A stretch of DNA of 64,000 nt, from the NCBI RefSeq assembly GCF_009914755.1, contig NC_060926.1. The stretch is one strand, 5' to 3'. Numbering within the stretch: the stretch's first letter is position 1; every line of letters begins with the position of its first letter. Below are positions 28,940 through 40,738 of this stretch, piece after piece. The position numbers and the translations under genes were made by a program. The stretch is from the human T2T-CHM13v2.0 reference genome, Homo sapiens. A model generated the notes under the pieces. The model saw only the letters and a program-made list of their open reading frames with translations. It did no database searches and was not told the DNA's origin.

Positions 28940-29034
28940 CTTTTTCTCCTATTCTCTCACTCTCTTCTGCTCACTCTCTCCCGCTCACTCGTGAGCTCGC
29001 TCTTTTCTCTCTCCCTCTCCCTCGTCTCCCTCAG
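28940..29034 (+). promoter_or_regulatory. Long pyrimidine tract ending in CAG (candidate 3' splice site)
   Basis: About 95 nt of C/T-rich sequence with three CTCAC branch-like motifs, ending 'ccctcgtctccctcag' at 29034. Confidence 0.45.
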
Positions 29035-30431
29035 CACTTTGGATAAGTGGAATGCAGCTGCACAAAAGCAAGATAAAGCTGGACCATCAAGATGATGAAC
29101 AATCTGGATGAAGAGCCTTCGAGACGCACACAAAAGCTGGAGAAGTGCAGTTGATGTAGGCCTGGACAGCTGAAGAATGCTGCGGTCTAACGATGAATAG
29201 CCCTCATTTGTGAATATACAGATTTTCCACGATGAATAAAAACTGAGTGGAGGTCACAATAAATAAACTTTTTCCCCCCTTCTTCTTAAATAATAATTCA
29301 GGTTCCCGGCACCAAACAGCTGTAAATTGAAGGTTGTGCTTAGTTTTCTCAACTCTCAAAGGGGATAATTAAGCTAAGATCACATTGTTTGATATATTAG
29401 TGTAATGATGAGCTCCTATATTCTGCTTGTTTCGAGTTATTTTAGTTTTTCTTTCCCATTATCTGTTTTTTTAATTACATTTCAAATACATTTTAAATGT
29501 AGGAACAGCAGTTCTGAAACAGAGTTTGCCCTATGTTTGGATCTATTTGAAATGTATTCATATAACATTTAATTAAAGCAGCAACATTCCCCTTTAGAAA
29601 ATGTGTGGAGGTAGAAATATCTATATTATCTGACTAGTTCTGACATAATCTTGCCAAAAGGCTGACTCTTTTTCCTTATTGGTGCAAGATAATTAGACCA
29701 TCATTAACCTCCTGAAGCATCACTGTCAGTATTTCTTGGCGTTATAAATCAGGATTTGGGAAGATTTTCATAATTTTGCTTAAGATCACTGAGAAGGTAA
29801 AGATCAGTTCCCAAACATGCTTGGCTTAGAAGATTTCTGAAAATCAGAGTCTGTGAGTATACATGTTATAAAGGAACTCAGCCCAAGGGAAAAGCTACAG
29901 TGTCCCTTTGCACCTATAACACCCCCTCCCATTTGTGAAGTCTTGACAATAAAAAGGCCTAAATACAGTCTTGCATTTTATTAACGTAAGTTAGATTGTC
30001 ATTTTCTTCCAATAATTTTTGAGCTAAAAATGCACTGAAAAGTCTGACTTTCTGTATCAAAAGAGAGAGAAAGTATATTTCTAGAAAAATTTTCCCCCTA
30101 ATTTTTTGGTAACCATAAAATATTCTTCATTTCCAAAACAACTATTTATTGTCAAGTGTTTAGTATACTGTTTGTTCATTTGATTGCTTATTTTTTCCAG
30201 GAATTTTTCTATTTTCACCTATTAGTCCAAGTCTAGAGTAGACCCTACCATATCCACATTCAGGAAGGTTTTCAGATTTAAACCAGGTATGGAAAACAAT
30301 TTATGAGAAGGAACACTGAGAAGTATGAAAAAGCATGAAGAACCCACCGTTAACTTCATTGCGATCTAAGTTTCACCAAAGAATAACTTCCTAAAGTTTC
30401 CAACCCTGGAGACCTTGAATTCAAGAACAAC

Positions 30432-30545
30432 AATTACTCTGATTTGATTATTACACATTGTATGCTTCTATCAAAATATCACATGTACCCCATAACTATT
30501 TACAATGAATAATGGTATCCATAATAATTTAAAAGAAAATAAAAA
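30432..30545 (+). mobile_element. Severely 5'-truncated L1MA 3' end
   Basis: 'ctgatttgattattacacattgtatgc...atcaaaatatcacatgtacccc' plus A-rich tail; flanking gaacaac duplicated (30425-30431, 30547-30553). Confidence 0.8.
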
Positions 30546-31129
30546 GGAACAACCAACCCATTGCATGATGAGGAACCATCCTTATCTATGACTCCAGTCT
30601 ATTCAGAGGAACCCTACTGAAAAGCAAGCAACTAAATGTCCTATCTCTATGTTCAACATGAGAGAGCAAGGGTAACAAAAGACAAAAACAAACAAAAAAG
30701 TCTGAAGTAGTTGAAGACAAAGGATAAGGAATTCCTAGGAGGAGTCTGAGTCCACTCACAAATTGCACCTAAGGAAGAGTCCTCAGACTCATGAAGTTCA
30801 TTTCGGCTTTGCTGCATTAATAAACCAGCCAGAGGCAAAGAGAAATTAGGCAATGGGCCTCAAAAAAGGCAATCACTGCCACCTCGGTTTGCTGCCACGT
30901 TGGAGATGGTTAACAGACCACCACATCCATTTAGAAATATTACACAGGTTTAGACCAAAGAAAGCTTGGTTTAGGAGTTCACATGGGTCAAATGTGAAAT
31001 AGCTTAACAAACTTTTAAGATCTAGAAGCAGGCCAGATCTGGTATAAAGTGCAGGCCTGTCTAAAAACTCTGACAGCTCTTTAATATTTCACTCACATAC
31101 CTTTCTCCCTGAGATGTATTAATTACACC

Positions 31130-31640
31130 CACAGTTTATTGAATGCCTCCTATATCCTAGGCACTTTTTCAGACTGTGGAATCTAGAAGAGAAACAGAAC
31201 AGGTCAAATTCCTGCTTTCATGGAACTTACATTTCAGGAGCAGGAGATAGACAGTAAACAAAAAATGAATAAAATACAGCATACCAGGTAGTGATAAATG
31301 CTACAAAGGAACATAAGGCAGGAGGATGTGGAGGAAGGAAGCAGTTGTATTTTACATGGGCTGGTCAGGGAAGGACTACGCAATAAGGTGACATTTGGCT
31401 CAGAGACCTGAAGTGAAGGAGGTAGCCATGCAAAAGCTATGCAACTTTTGAGGAGAGAATTTTCCAGGTAAAATGAGCCCGAGGTCAAAGGCCCTGAGGC
31501 CAGGATATGATTGGCACATGCCCCATTAGTAAGAAAGAGGCTGAGATCGAGGAAGACTGAGCAAGGAGCGAAGGGGAAAGATGAGTAAGAGAACAGATGG
31601 GGAGCTATTCTTACCACCAAGCTGAAAGAAATCCTGGTCA
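31130..31640 (-). mobile_element. L2a 3' fragment
   Basis: 'tttattgaatgcctcctatatcctaggcact', 'ggtgacatttggctcagagacctgaag' and 'caaaggccctgaggc'. Confidence 0.85.
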
Positions 31641-31832
31641 TTTACTCACTCTGGACTATTAAATACTTTGCCTTGTCTGTCTTTCATGCCTCTAATAAAG
31701 TTTAGACATATGAGGTACTGAAAGGAATATTCTAAGGTGATGAAGGCCTGACGGACTCACTGTAGTTTCATACCATGAAAGAGTGGGTGTTGACTTCAAG
31801 AAATATGGCACAATTAAAAATGCCTATTGCAA

Positions 31833-32713
31833 ACACAACATTCCTCTCCCACTGAAAAAACAGGCAGAAGATTTGAAAAGGCACCACAAAAGAGGATATA
31901 TGAATGAAAAAGAAACACATGAAAAATAGTTTAACATCATTAGCCATTAGGAAAATGCAAATTCAAAACTATGAGATACTACTACATACCTATCAGAGTT
32001 GTTCACATTAAAAGAAAATTGACAATACAAAATGCTTACACAGATGGGGAGCAACTGGAACTCTCATACATTCCTGGTGGGAATGCAACATGGTGAAATT
32101 GCTTTGAAGCATAACTTCACAGTTTCTTATAAAAAGTTAAATGTACACTTAACAATATGACCCAGCAGTTGCATACCCAAGGGAATCACACACCCATGTA
32201 TCCATATGTGAACACCCACAAACTTGTACACAAATATTTAAAACACCTCCATTTATAATTGCCAAAAGTCAGAAACCACCCAAATGTCCTTTAAGTGGTG
32301 GCAAATGGATATACAAATCACAATACATTCATACAATGCCATACACCTGGGCAAAAAAAAGAATGTCCTGTGTTATACAAAACAATACATAGGAGAGTCA
32401 GTATCATTTTGCTGGGTGAAAGGAGCCAGACTCAAAAGGACACATACTGTTGATTCCATACTGTGTGATTCCATTTATATGACTTGTTCAAAAAGGCAAA
32501 ATTACAGGGTTAGTAATCAGACCAGTGGCTTCCAGGGGCTAGGGGTGAAGGCAGGGAAACTGACAATAAAGGGAAATGAGACAACTTTTGGGGATGATGG
32601 AAATATTCACATCTTAATTGTGGTGTAGGTTACACATCACATAAGTTTATAAAAATTCAGAGAACTGCATAGCTGAAAAGGGTGAATTTTATTGTATGTA
32701 AATTATATCTTCA
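31833..32713 (+). mobile_element. L1M (MC/MD/ME1-like) ORF2 end plus 3' UTR
   Basis: 'catcattagccattaggaaaatgcaaatt', 'gcaactggaactctcatacatt' and 'ttattgtatgtaaattata'; TSD aaaaatgccta(t/c)tgcaa. Confidence 0.88.
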
Positions 32714-33377
32714 AAAAATGCCTACTGCAATATTGATACATTCTCAGGTAAGAGAGGAAATCTAAAGACTACATATTTTTAAAAATTAATTTTAGCACTC
32801 ATCATCTTCCCTACTGAAGAAATTGTTAATTTGTTAAGTAGACTATCTTCACCAATAATCTCTTACTGTTGTATGGAAAAATGTTTCTGTAGGGCTGAGG
32901 GCAGAGAAGAGACCCGAGATTCAGGCCCTGGGGAGTAGGACCCTACATTTCGGAACTATCTCTGCTCTATTTGTGTCTCCCATTTTGCCAACATAGACAT
33001 CTGGGTAAGTCAGAACTCTCCACTCCCTCCCCAACACAGTCTCTCTCTCCTGATAAAGTTTTTATGTTTGGGACAGTATAGAAGCCTAGAAAATACACAC
33101 AATCTCTTTGCTCTGGTTTTCCTCTATAGTTACCCAACAGGTCAAAGACTCAGAATCAATCCAGATACTTAGTAGGCACCTATTATTTGAAATATACTTA
33201 AATACAGAAGCAAATATAGTGCCTACTCTTAAAAACTGAGAATTCAATTAGGTAAAGGAAATACGCATATAAAAAGATAAACTACAAATGTAAGGCAGTA
33301 TACAGAAAGTGTCACTTAATTAGTATAGGCAATTTGTTGCTGTTCAAAAAAGAAGGGTTCCTTCTAAGAAGATAATT

Positions 33378-33595
33378 ATTCTTATTACCATTTATTGAAA
33401 GTCTATTACCTGCCAAGCCTTTGCATGCATCATCCCATATAATTTTCCTAACAACTCTGAGACTCAAGTTTTTTACTCATTTACAGTGGAGCAAATGGAA
33501 CCTCAGAAGAAATGAGTAACTTGCTCCTGGTCCGTCCCTTAGCCACTGAGCCAGGATGTCAACTCTTGATTGCAAAGCCTTTTGGTTTTCCACTA
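33378..33595 (-). mobile_element. MIR
   Basis: 'catttattgaaag...tacagtggagcaaatggaacctcagaag...agtaacttgctc'. Confidence 0.7.
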
Positions 33596-34399
33596 TTCTC
33601 AACTGAGTTGGTTGAGGAAAAGTCATGAAAGTGATAGCATTTCAGCTAGAATTTACAGGGTATAGGATTCTACAGAGCCAACAATAAGAACAGGTGTGAT
33701 GGAAAACCTAAGAATGATTAAGGGGGAAATGAAAGCAACAGAAATACAATGTCTATTTTGCAAATATTGTTAGATTGCATCCAGTATGTCTTAGCTCCCA
33801 AATATTTTATGATAAGTTTAGTGAGTAAACAGCTCCCTCCTGTTTTTTTATATCTAGCCTCTAAATCAGGTCAAAACATCTCAGAAATAGAGACCTCTCC
33901 TGCTGAAATGAATTTTCCATGTTAGGAATTTTCTTCCGGGAGGTGATGATGGGGAATTCATTCAAGTTGGCTTAGGTGTGTTATTCCCTACTATGAACCT
34001 CTCAGCTTGCTCTCAGAAGACAGAGAAATGCAATAAGACCCACCACAAACTACAAATAAAAATACCCATATCTTTTATCCCTGAGTTATAGCTTTAAGAT
34101 TAGACATTTAAAATCAGAATTATCTAATGCAACCTAGGGCCTTTTCTTGGAGGTTCACACTTTTGTTTTGCACAAAGAGAAGGGCTTTCTCGTATACACC
34201 CATGCCCCACACCCATCTCAATCTTCTGATGTTCACATAACATTGAGGTAGGCCATGAAAAATTTCGAAGCAGGCATACATTGTAGCCCAAGAGAAAAAT
34301 AATTTTTAAAATGTACACTTTGGGCCAATCATGAAAAATTTCAACTTATTTAACCAAGTAGTTAAAGTTTCCTAAGGCTCTAGATATCAGTATTCTTTT

Positions 34400-34514
34400 A
34401 AATTTTTTTAAATAAATGGCCAGATAGTAAACATCTTCAACTCTGCAAACCATAACTGAGTTGTAGCACAAAAGCAATACTTAAATGAATGGGTGTGGCT
34501 GTGTTCCAGTAAAA
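34400..34514. mobile_element. MER58A fragment
   Basis: 'ggccagatagtaaacat...aaatgaatgggtgtggctgtgttccagtaaaactttatttataaaagcagg'. Confidence 0.8.
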
Positions 34515-36617
34515 CTTTATTTATAAAAGCAGGTATCTCCTGCTGTAGGCTGAGTAGCTATTCTTGGAGCTCATGGGCTATGTAGGTGAACAAGCAGGAC
34601 CTCAGAAATTCTAAGAGTTGCAATCCACGCAAGGATATTACTGACAGTTTTAGCTCACAGACTACCCATGCTGCCTACTCATTCTTATCTACCATGTCCT
34701 CCACTCCCAGTTTAGTCTCTTTACTTGACCCGCATTTAAACTGCTCATGGATTTCCATTAGCAGTTATGGCAAAGGCAGTGGATTTATTAACTCTTTTTC
34801 TTCACTCAATATCCTCATTTATAACAAGGTGTGTGCTGGAGAACACAGAGCAAGATCAATAACCAGAATGAAATGGGGAGATGCACAATGTTGCTTACTC
34901 AATTCTCTTTATTCTCCCTCCTTCATTTATGATCATTTGTTTGTCTTATCTCCCTCTCCCCTTCGCTTTCCTGATCTCTTTTTCTCTCCCTCTCCCTCTC
35001 TCTCCTCCACACTCTGATTTTCATTTTGCTGGGACCCAAAACAACATATGATCCCTTGGCCCCATATTAAATACATGGTTCAGTTGATTACTGCCAGGTT
35101 AAGGCAGAATTCCTTTCCAAGCACTAGAAATAGGCAGGAAAGAAAGACTTAAATCTTCAAAGAAGGCTTTCCTCTCCATTCAGACTCCAAGACTCACAAA
35201 AGACATCGTCAATCAGCAACTGGTTTTAAAATTCTCTTAAAAGTGTTTTACTAGTTCACTTTACTTGGCATTTTTATCACTATTTATATCTGTAAAGTAG
35301 TGATATAATTAGTAAAGCTATTAATGTTTCTTATGCTTAGTATTACGAATTCTACAAATCTCAATAAATCTAGCTTATAGCAAAATAAATAATGATGATA
35401 ACACTGTCAAGCATCAATATAATTGCTGGATGGCTTTGTGTAAACCAAACAATATTAGCCCTCTTAAACAACTTAATCTGGGCTACTTAACCACCCTCCC
35501 TGTAAACTGTTCATGCTGCCCAAAAGGAAACCATGAATAGGGACTCCATAATTCCCCTTATTTTGCACGGCACAGGACAGCAGAGGAGGACCAAGCCTTC
35601 TGATTGGTCCTCAACATATTGCTTCAATAGAATGAGATTCATTTTATTAGGTCAGAATAAACATAATGAATTTCTATATCTGTGCTATTGCTAAAACTAA
35701 GGTAATTGAAGTCCCTGGACACTCAGTTATGGATACATCTGGACACTCACTGGGCTTTTGAAATTTTCCACTCCAACAAACGAAGGATTCATTCTGACCA
35801 ACATAGAACCCTAGTTTTCAGCAGGGTTTGCCTAAATAAAAGCCTAACAATCTGGGGTCAGAGCCCTTTTCTTAGGATGAGGAAAACTCCATTAGTTTCA
35901 CTATCTGGTTCAAACTCCACTACCTACCTACACACAGAAGCAGGGAACGTAATCTTATCTACAAGCTTTTCCTAGCATTCCTGTTTTCAGTAACCAGAAA
36001 GGATTAAAATGAACAGCCTGTGCACTGGTCCTGAGTAATGGGCCTTCAAAAACCAAAGTATTAGACAAATATATCAGCTATGAGATATAATACCAAGGGC
36101 TAGTTCCACAGTATCAGCATTTTTAACTTTCATTCGGAAGTGGCTGGATGATAAGAGGGTACAATTCGTATTTTGAATTCAGAGTGAGAAGATCTTTTTA
36201 ATAAAACAGTTTTACTATGTAGCTATATATCGTTTCCTACCAAAATGCAAAACAAAGCCTGGATCTTTTATTTTTTTTTTCCTCTCCAAAACATCCATAA
36301 TGATAGATTTCCTTTGTATTTTTTTATCCCTTGAATGAATTTTTCAAGCCAAACTTTCATTGCTGCTGTTGTTGTTGATGGCGCCAAAAGGTTTCAGGGA
36401 ATCTTTCTTCGCGCAGAAAGCAGCTTGCAGACCCAGACAGAGACGGAAAGGACGTTGTTTTGGTGAATAATGAGAGCTGAGCCAGAGCCTCCCATGGTGG
36501 CATGTGTGAGGCCAGATGAATAGGACAGCACTTTGTGTGTTCAAAAGGCAGTCTCTTTTTCTATTATCCTTGGCCTGTTGCGCTGGCCTGCTAATGAGTG
36601 GACACGCATTACCATTC

Positions 36618-36728
36618 ATTAGCATTTTTATGGCACTTTATATTTGCAGTGCACATTACAAATTGTATTTGTTAACCTCACAACATTCCTTGTGAGATCA
36701 TCACCATCGATTCACTTTTACAGAGCAG
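36618..36728 (-). mobile_element. Very old MIR (MIRc/amniote-type) fragment
   Basis: 'tagcatttttatggcactttatatttgca...cctcacaacattccttgtgag...cttttacag' resembles the MIRc 3' region. Confidence 0.5.
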
Positions 36729-37724
36729 CCTATGTTCAAGGGGCCATGAGTGTATGCGCAAAATTAAGAACGGGAAAATGACACAGAGTTTTGGATCCAA
36801 TTCTAACAAGGACATCAAGGGATACTTAGGTGGAGGAGGATATTCTTGATGGCAACTCCAGCTCCCCATGGTTTCGCTTATTTGTCTTTTTTATCTATTG
36901 CCTGCAAGTTAATTCAAACCCCCTTGAACTTCACCGTTGTTGAACTTACTACATGATAAACAAGACTCATACCTGTTTTATTTACTTGTAAAATATTTTT
37001 TTCTTATTTTCTTAGAACTGGTTCTTTTACATTTCAACACGCAGCCAGTCTTTCTATCAAGCATGATGAAGAGCATATGTTTACTTTCCATAATCTTATG
37101 CATTTTCTAGATTATATCCTCTCTCTGGTTTGGTCTTTCTAGAATCAAGTCTTTCTAAAACACTATAATCTGTGCATTTTGCCCCCTTGTTAGCTTTAGT
37201 CACCTTTCCTAAGTTTTCTTCTACACCTACTGTATTGAGAATGTGCATTTCAGGTTTGGGCACAACATTTTTTGAAGTCTATCATTATTCCTCCAAGTTC
37301 CCAGTGATGGAGAGACAAGGCCCAGCAGGTGAAAAACAATAGTGGTCAAGGCCAAAGCTAAATTAATGGTGGAGCTCTGGGTGAATCTTCATCAGATGGA
37401 CAATCTCATTGACCTAAAAGGAAATGTCCAATTTCTAAAAACTGTCAGACAGTAACTTTGAGACAAGAGTTTGCTTGTCTCAAACTTCTTCATTAAAGGA
37501 ACTGTGGAGATAGATGGAGGATGGAGCACAGGGAGAGGGCCAGGCAGAGACAGCCCAGGAACGCCCTTGCAAATGTGTGACACCCTCACAGAGCTGCCAG
37601 ACCTCCCGGTAGAGGTGCACACAGGCACAGCGTTCAGAGCTGCCAATCTCATCTAAATGGCCTGCGCAGATTCAGGAAGATTCCCTAAATCACAGCACCA
37701 TTTGTCAAAAGCCTACTACACACG

Positions 37725-38342
37725 TTTTTTTTTTTTTTTCATTTTGAAATAATTTCAGATTTCAAAATGTAATAAAACTGGCACAAAGAATTCATATGTA
37801 CCCTTCACCCAGATTCATAAACTATTAACATTCTTCTTATTGAAACAAGATTATAATAGAATCTAAAGGGCCTATTTTCAAATTTTGCCAATTTTCCTGT
37901 TAAAGTCCCCTTTTTTTCTGATCTGGTTTCCAATCCTGAATTGGAATTTGCATTTAGACTGTTTCTCAGTCTTTCTTTTATCTCTTATGACCTTGATATT
38001 TTCGAAGAGTACAGGTCAGTGGTTTTAAAAATGTCCCCCAATTTGGGTTTGTCTGATGTTTCCTTATGATTAAATTCAGGTTATGCGTTTTAGCTAGAAC
38101 ATTACAATGTGTTATTGTGTCCTTCTCAGTGCATCATATCAGGAGGTATGTAATTGAGATTTGCCCATCATTAGTGATAATTTGATCACTTAACAAAGGT
38201 GGTATTTGTCAGTTTTCTCTACTGTAAAATTTCTATTTTTTTCATTTGTAATTTATATGTGCCTTAGGGAGATACTTTGAGACTATATAAATATCTTATT
38301 CTTCATCATTCTTTCACATACTAATTTTAGCAACCTTTGCAG
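37725..38342 (-). mobile_element. L1MC4/5-type 3' UTR with poly-T tail
   Basis: 'ttttgaaataatttcaga', 'gtacccttcacccagatt', 'tttgggtttgtctgatgtttcc' and 'gagatactttgagacta'. Confidence 0.8.
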
Positions 38343-38922
38343 ATTTTTTATATGCCAGCATTTTGCTAAGCATTTTTCCTGTGTTATTTTAATTTTCATA
38401 TCTTCCCTGTATGTTATAATTACTAGCGTCATTTTATCATCGAGGAATCTAAGGTTCATCAGAGTGATTAAGCAACTTGACCTGGACATATAGATACTGT
38501 GATAAGAGCCAGGATTTGAACCTAAATCTTATTCTATTACTCTTACAAATGAGAGAGGAGGCATTTCAGCATCTAATATCTCCATTACATATGGCCCCTG
38601 GGCTATTCTATTCTGCTACCATGGGTGTATCACTACTTAGAAGTATACAAGTGCAATATCAGTGACACAATTATTGACGTGCCAAACCAAGATAGAAAGT
38701 GGGGAGGATGTTGTAAAGAGAACACAGGGAAGCTATGCTCATGCTTAACTGGAATTGACACACTTATCATTTCTTTCTTTTTTTTATGTCTTCCTTTTTT
38801 CTTTCTAATTTTTTGTTGTTATTGTTTTAATTTGAGCATAACCCTTTAATCAGCATGGTGCAAAGCAAGTTAATAAAAATCGCCCAACTCCTGGGAGTTT
38901 AACATTTAAATTAATCAAGTCA

Positions 38923-39230
<308 letters not shown>

Positions 39231-39233
39231 TTA

Positions 39234-39568
39234 GGCCAGGTGCGAGGGCTCATGCCTGTAATCCCAGCACGTTGGGAGGCCAAGGCAGGTGGATCACCTG
39301 AGTCAGGAGCTCAAGACCAGCCTGGCCAACATGGTGAAACCCTGTCTCTACTAAAAATACAAAAAAAAAAAAAAAAAAAAAAAAAATCGCTGGGCATGGT
39401 GGCATGTGCCTATAAGTAATCCCAGCTACTCGGGAGGCTGGGGCAGGAGAGTCGCTTAGAACCCACGAGGCAGAGGTTGCAGTGAGCCGAGATTGTGCCA
39501 TTGCACTGCAGCCTGGGTGACAGAGACTCCATCTCAAAAAAATAAAATAAAACAAAAATAAAAATAAC
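39234..39568 (+). mobile_element. AluS in tandem, linker expanded to A26
   Basis: Full dimer; A run at 39361-39386; (AAAAT)n tail. Confidence 0.93.
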
Positions 39569-40214
39569 TAATCAAGGCCAATGAGTTATGACATAAAGTC
39601 TGTCTGCAGCTAAACTGGCAGACAAACCCCAAGAAGGAGTTAATGTCCCGAGGCCCAGTGGATAAACAAAGTCTTAAGAGAGATTTTGGTCATTGTATGT
39701 TTAACCAAAGTGAGGTCATGAGAAAATTATCTTCTTATTAAACAATTTCAGTTTACACTATTTTATTGAGTTCATAAGTTCTGTAAGAGCAGAGACCTTG
39801 CCTAGCTTGTCCATCAGTGTATTCCTCAAACCTAGTACAATGCCTGACTCACAGGCTTAAATATTTGTTGAATTGAATGTTCTGGTAAAATGTTTCAAAG
39901 TGTGTTATAAAGCAGAATATGTGGTGACAGTGAGGGTTCTGGGGAAGCTAGGAGGGTTTGAGTAGTGAGTCAACTTGAATATATTTCTAAGAATAGGTAC
40001 ATTGGGCCTAGGACCAATAAACATTTCATCTTGCTTTGATTCTGTACATTCCCATGTCTCTGGTCTTCAAGAGAAAAATCTAGCCATGGTGACAAATCCT
40101 GTTGTTGCGATTTTGTTAATTTACCTATACTGCTTATGAGCCACCAGCACTAACATAGAAACCAGTACCTCACTTCCCTGAAATATTTCCATTGCCACCC
40201 CCTAGCCCCCTTAT

Positions 40215-40738
40215 TAGGCTCTTCCACTTATAAGTTACAGAACTTAAGTCAGCAGAGAAAAAAGAAATTATTAACCCACATAATTGGCTTTAAGACACAG
40301 CTAGATACAGAAGTTCAAATGATGTCACCAAATGATGTCTCTTTCTCTTGCCGTCTCTTAGCTCCGCTTATCTCTATTCAGTTCAAACTGGGTCTCCTCA
40401 CACCAGGTAGGAAAGCTGTTAACACTCTCTCCCTCACACACTTCCAGCCTGGCAAGCCCCTGAAAAACAACAAGTCTTCCCTATAGCTCTGTTGAGAAAG
40501 TCTTAGGAGGACTATGATTGGCCAGATTGGGTCAGGTGCCCATCCTTGGACCAATCAATATGGCCAAAATGGTGAAATATTCTGACTGGCTACATCCTGG
40601 TCACATGCCCAGCCCTGTGGTGAAGTCAATCCAGGTGAATCAATCATATGGAATGGATTATCCACAGGAAAAGGAATTTTGTTGCCAGAAGTGAATGAGA
40701 AGTAATCATCAACAGTCAAAAGTACCAGATGTCCATTA
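40215..40738 (-). mobile_element. MLT1K-like MaLR LTR
   Basis: 'gattggccagattgggtcaggtgcccatccttggaccaatca...ctgactggc...ggtcacatgccc...gatgtcca'. Confidence 0.7.

Noticed and set aside
28900-29320. CpG island
   Set aside because: CpGs are locally elevated, but length and GC content fall short of an island.
32284-32628. 114-aa ORF
   Set aside because: Lies in a decayed L1 ORF2 end and 3' UTR.
35714-35749. Direct repeat ctggacactca with a short spacer (also the 13-bp duplication near 40317)
   Set aside because: Only two short copies; ordinary local duplication or chance, not an array or CRISPR.
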